A stretch of 64,000 nt of DNA, taken from an uncultured Chloroflexia bacterium (GTDB taxonomy: Bacteria > Chloroflexota > Limnocylindria > Limnocylindrales > CSP1-4). A program made the position numbers and the translations under genes. The notes under the pieces were generated by a model. The model was not told where the DNA came from. It did not search any database and worked only from the letters and a program-made list of their open reading frames with translations. Below are positions 62,213 to 64,000 of the stretch, in pieces; the first letter of the stretch is position 1; the number at the start of each line of letters is the position of its first letter. The stretch covers positions 389,670 through 453,669 of the forward strand of contig CAVUSH010000006.1 in the NCBI GenBank assembly GCA_963744095.1, read 5' to 3'.

Positions 62213-62991
62213 CCGGCGGCGGAACGGGGTCCCGTCACGCTCGGCGGCCGTCGCCAGGCGAACACGCGCGTCGTGGCCACGTCGCACCAGACGAGGCCGG
62301 TACCCCGGGGCGCCGGAGCCCCCGAGACGAGGGCGCGCACCCATCCGGCCGACGAGCCCGGGAAGCGCGCAGCGAACACCTCCGGGTAGCGGGCGACGAG
62401 TGCCCGGTTCCTGGCCGTCGCCCGCACGAGCCAGACCAGGCCGACGTCACCTGCCGTGTCGCCCCAGCGAGCCGTCGCGAGGGCCTCGGCCTCCGCCCGC
62501 TTCCTGTCGCTGGATCGCGCTGAAGCGCCGACGTCGCCGATCGTGTTCCAGCATTCGACGAGAAGAAGCCGCCGCCTGGCAGGATCCTCCAGCCCGACGT
62601 CGGATGATCGCCACGGCTCACTCGGCCTCGTTGCGAGCTCGAAGCTCAGCCCGTACCCGGCCACCCGGCCAAGCCGAAGCACGAGCTCCTGCATTCCCAG
62701 GTGAGGCGCGTCGCTGGTCTCACCGGCGACGTTCCGCTGGAGCACTACCACGAGTGGCCGGTCCACGGCCAGTCCGATCCGCTGCCACGCGTCCAGCGTC
62801 AACCCGGCGCCGTGACCGCGTTCGGCGCGGCTGATCGACTGGCGGGCAAGCCCCACACGCGCGCCGAGCTGCTGCTGCGTGAGGCGCTTCGCAACGCGCC
62901 CCGCCCTGACCTCGCCCCCGAGACGGGCGCATTGCTCCCTGGCGCGGCGCTCGGCTTCGACCGAGAGGCTGGTGCGGATCCGGGTCGGCAT
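62194..62991 (-). CDS. XRE-family HTH protein with uncharacterised ~170-aa C-terminal domain
   Basis: Starts at MPTRIRTSL. The HTH is RVAKRLTQQQLGARVGLARQSISRAERG. The C-domain ...FELATRPSEPWRSSDVGLEDPARRRLLLVECWNTIGDVGA... could not be assigned to a family. Confidence 0.65.
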   Translation of the reverse strand: MPTRIRTSLSVEAERRAREQCARLGGEVRAGRVAKRLTQQQLGARVGLARQSISRAERGHGAGLTLDAWQRIGLAVDRPLVVVLQRNVAGETSDAPHLGMQELVLRLGRVAGYGLSFELATRPSEPWRSSDVGLEDPARRRLLLVECWNTIGDVGASARSSDRKRAEAEALATARWGDTAGDVGLVWLVRATARNRALVARYPEVFAARFPGSSAGWVRALVSGAPAPRGTGLVWCDVATTRVFAWRRPPSVTGPRSAAGSRPAW

Positions 62992-63254
62992 GACCGCTCC
63001 ATGATCATCTCCGGCACTTGCCTGCGCCGTATCCGGGCTGGCGGTGACGGCGTCCTCCCCCGGGCCTGCCCGCGCCGGCACGCACGGCACGCGGGGCACG
63101 ATTGGACGTTCACATGCTCGTGGAGCGGGCACGGGGCGGCACAAGCCCCTGGCCTCGGAGGCAGGGGGCGGCGCAAGCCACTGGCCGTGGAGCCAGGGGG
63201 CGCCGATACCCTGGATCTGCTCATGGAGCGGTCACGGCGAAACACAGCCGGCGC

Positions 63255-63412
63255 GGGCCCCCAGCCGCCGGGCCGCGCGGGCCGCCAGCCGCCGGGCCGC
63301 GCGGGCCGCCCACCGCCGCGGGCCGCCAGCCGCCGTGGGCCGCCAGCCGCGGGCTGCCAGCCGCCGCCGGCCGCCAGCCGCCAGCCCGCGGGCCGCCAGC
63401 CCCCGGGCCGCG
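63255..63412. repeat. degenerate GC-rich short tandem repeats (GGGCCGCCAGCCGCC-like, ~8 units)
   Basis: Read directly from the sequence. The array is intergenic, between the XRE-like gene and the ABC ATPase gene. Confidence 0.6.
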
Positions 63413-63607
63413 CGCGATCCGCGGGAGGGTCGGAGGGCAGGGTCGATCAGGCCCATCGGTCCCATGTGCATCGGGCCGACCCGCCCTGACGACCCCGGGG
63501 GCGCGGGCGGTACGCTGGCCTCGGCCGCCCCGCCCTGACGCCGTCCCGCTCGCGGCGCTACGCTCGCCGGCAGCCACGCCGCGCGCCCGCACCGGAGCCG
63601 ACCACGC

Positions 63608-64000
63608 ATGAGTCTCGTGATCACCGACCTCCAGAAGTCGTTCGGGGAGGTTCGGGCCCTCGACGGGATCAGCTTCTCCGTCGACCCGGGCCAGGTCTTC
63701 GGCTTCCTCGGCGCCAACGGCGCCGGCAAGACGACGGCGATGCGGATCGTCCTCGACATCCTCCGCGCGGACGCCGGCACCGTGACCTGGAAGGGTCGCC
63801 CCTCGACGGAGCTGCCGCGCCGCACCTTCGGGTACCTGCCCGAGGAGCGCGGGCTCTACCCCCGGATGAAGGTGCTGGACCAGCTCGTCTTCTTCGCCGG
63901 CCTGTACGGCGTGCCCCGGAAGACGGCCGAGAAGGAGGTTCGCCACTGGCTGGCCCGCTTCCGCGTTCCCGAGTACGCCGACCGCCGCGCCGAGCAGCTC
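63608..64000 (+). CDS. ABC transporter ATP-binding protein (N-terminal part; continues beyond window)
   Basis: Hand translation from ATG 63608: MSLVITDLQKSFGEVRALDGISFSVDPGQVFGFLGANGAGKTTAMRIVLDIL...YLPEERGLYPRMKV, which contains the Walker A motif. Confidence 0.9.
   Translation, partial: MSLVITDLQKSFGEVRALDGISFSVDPGQVFGFLGANGAGKTTAMRIVLDILRADAGTVTWKGRPSTELPRRTFGYLPEERGLYPRMKVLDQLVFFAGLYGVPRKTAEKEVRHWLARFRVPEYADRRAEQL

Noticed and set aside
62194-62991. The C-terminal domain of the XRE-like protein considered as a PD-(D/E)xK nuclease (D in SSDVGL, E in LVECW).
   Set aside because: The motif lacks the canonical Lys (ECW rather than ExK), and I cannot verify the fold without a search.
1-64000. 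Programmed ribosomal frameshifting as the explanation for the 14 frame breaks.
   Set aside because: There is no shared slippery heptamer or downstream structure. The sites fall in unrelated genes and sequence contexts, and most shifted products are the only functional form. Error or decay is far more likely.

Overview
High-GC (~70%) actinobacterium-like chromosomal segment. It shows frequent ATGA/GTGA start-stop overlaps and several TTGACA/TAnnnT promoters placed for leaderless mRNAs. I count about 75 protein genes, one tRNA-Thr(CGT), three gene remnants and three tandem-repeat arrays. No rRNA, CRISPR array, transposase or integrase was seen.

Gene content is mostly accessory. It includes small regulators (TetR, XRE, MerR, HxlR, PadR, a YciI/ECF-sigma pair), two intact VapBC modules plus a vapC remnant, a class-II Fic protein, and many SRPBCC, flavodoxin and DUF membrane proteins.

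Four things stand out:
1. A light-related island at 54.9-62.0 kb. A heliorhodopsin gene is co-transcribed with an RDH/DHRS12-like SDR. The pair is back-to-back with an SRPBCC / FAD-oxidase / DUF1365 / Cfa-like lipid-modification operon. A B12-binding CarH/LitR-type MerR photoregulator flanks the island.
2. Three paralogous modules. Each has a MalT/LuxR-type STAND regulator plus an uncharacterised 65-91 aa 'DQAALHG' protein that heads an operon of membrane proteins.
3. Fourteen single-nucleotide frame disruptions in 11 well-conserved genes, 13 of which behave as +1 insertions. These are either assembly errors or real pseudogenisation.
4. Tandem arrays around litR. Two of them are built from the 3' ends, including the stop-codon region, of the adjacent genes.

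Limits: all calls come from hand translation and remembered family signatures, and no searches were run. Coordinates were derived from ORF-track offsets. DUF/family names are recollections and should be confirmed by HMM search.
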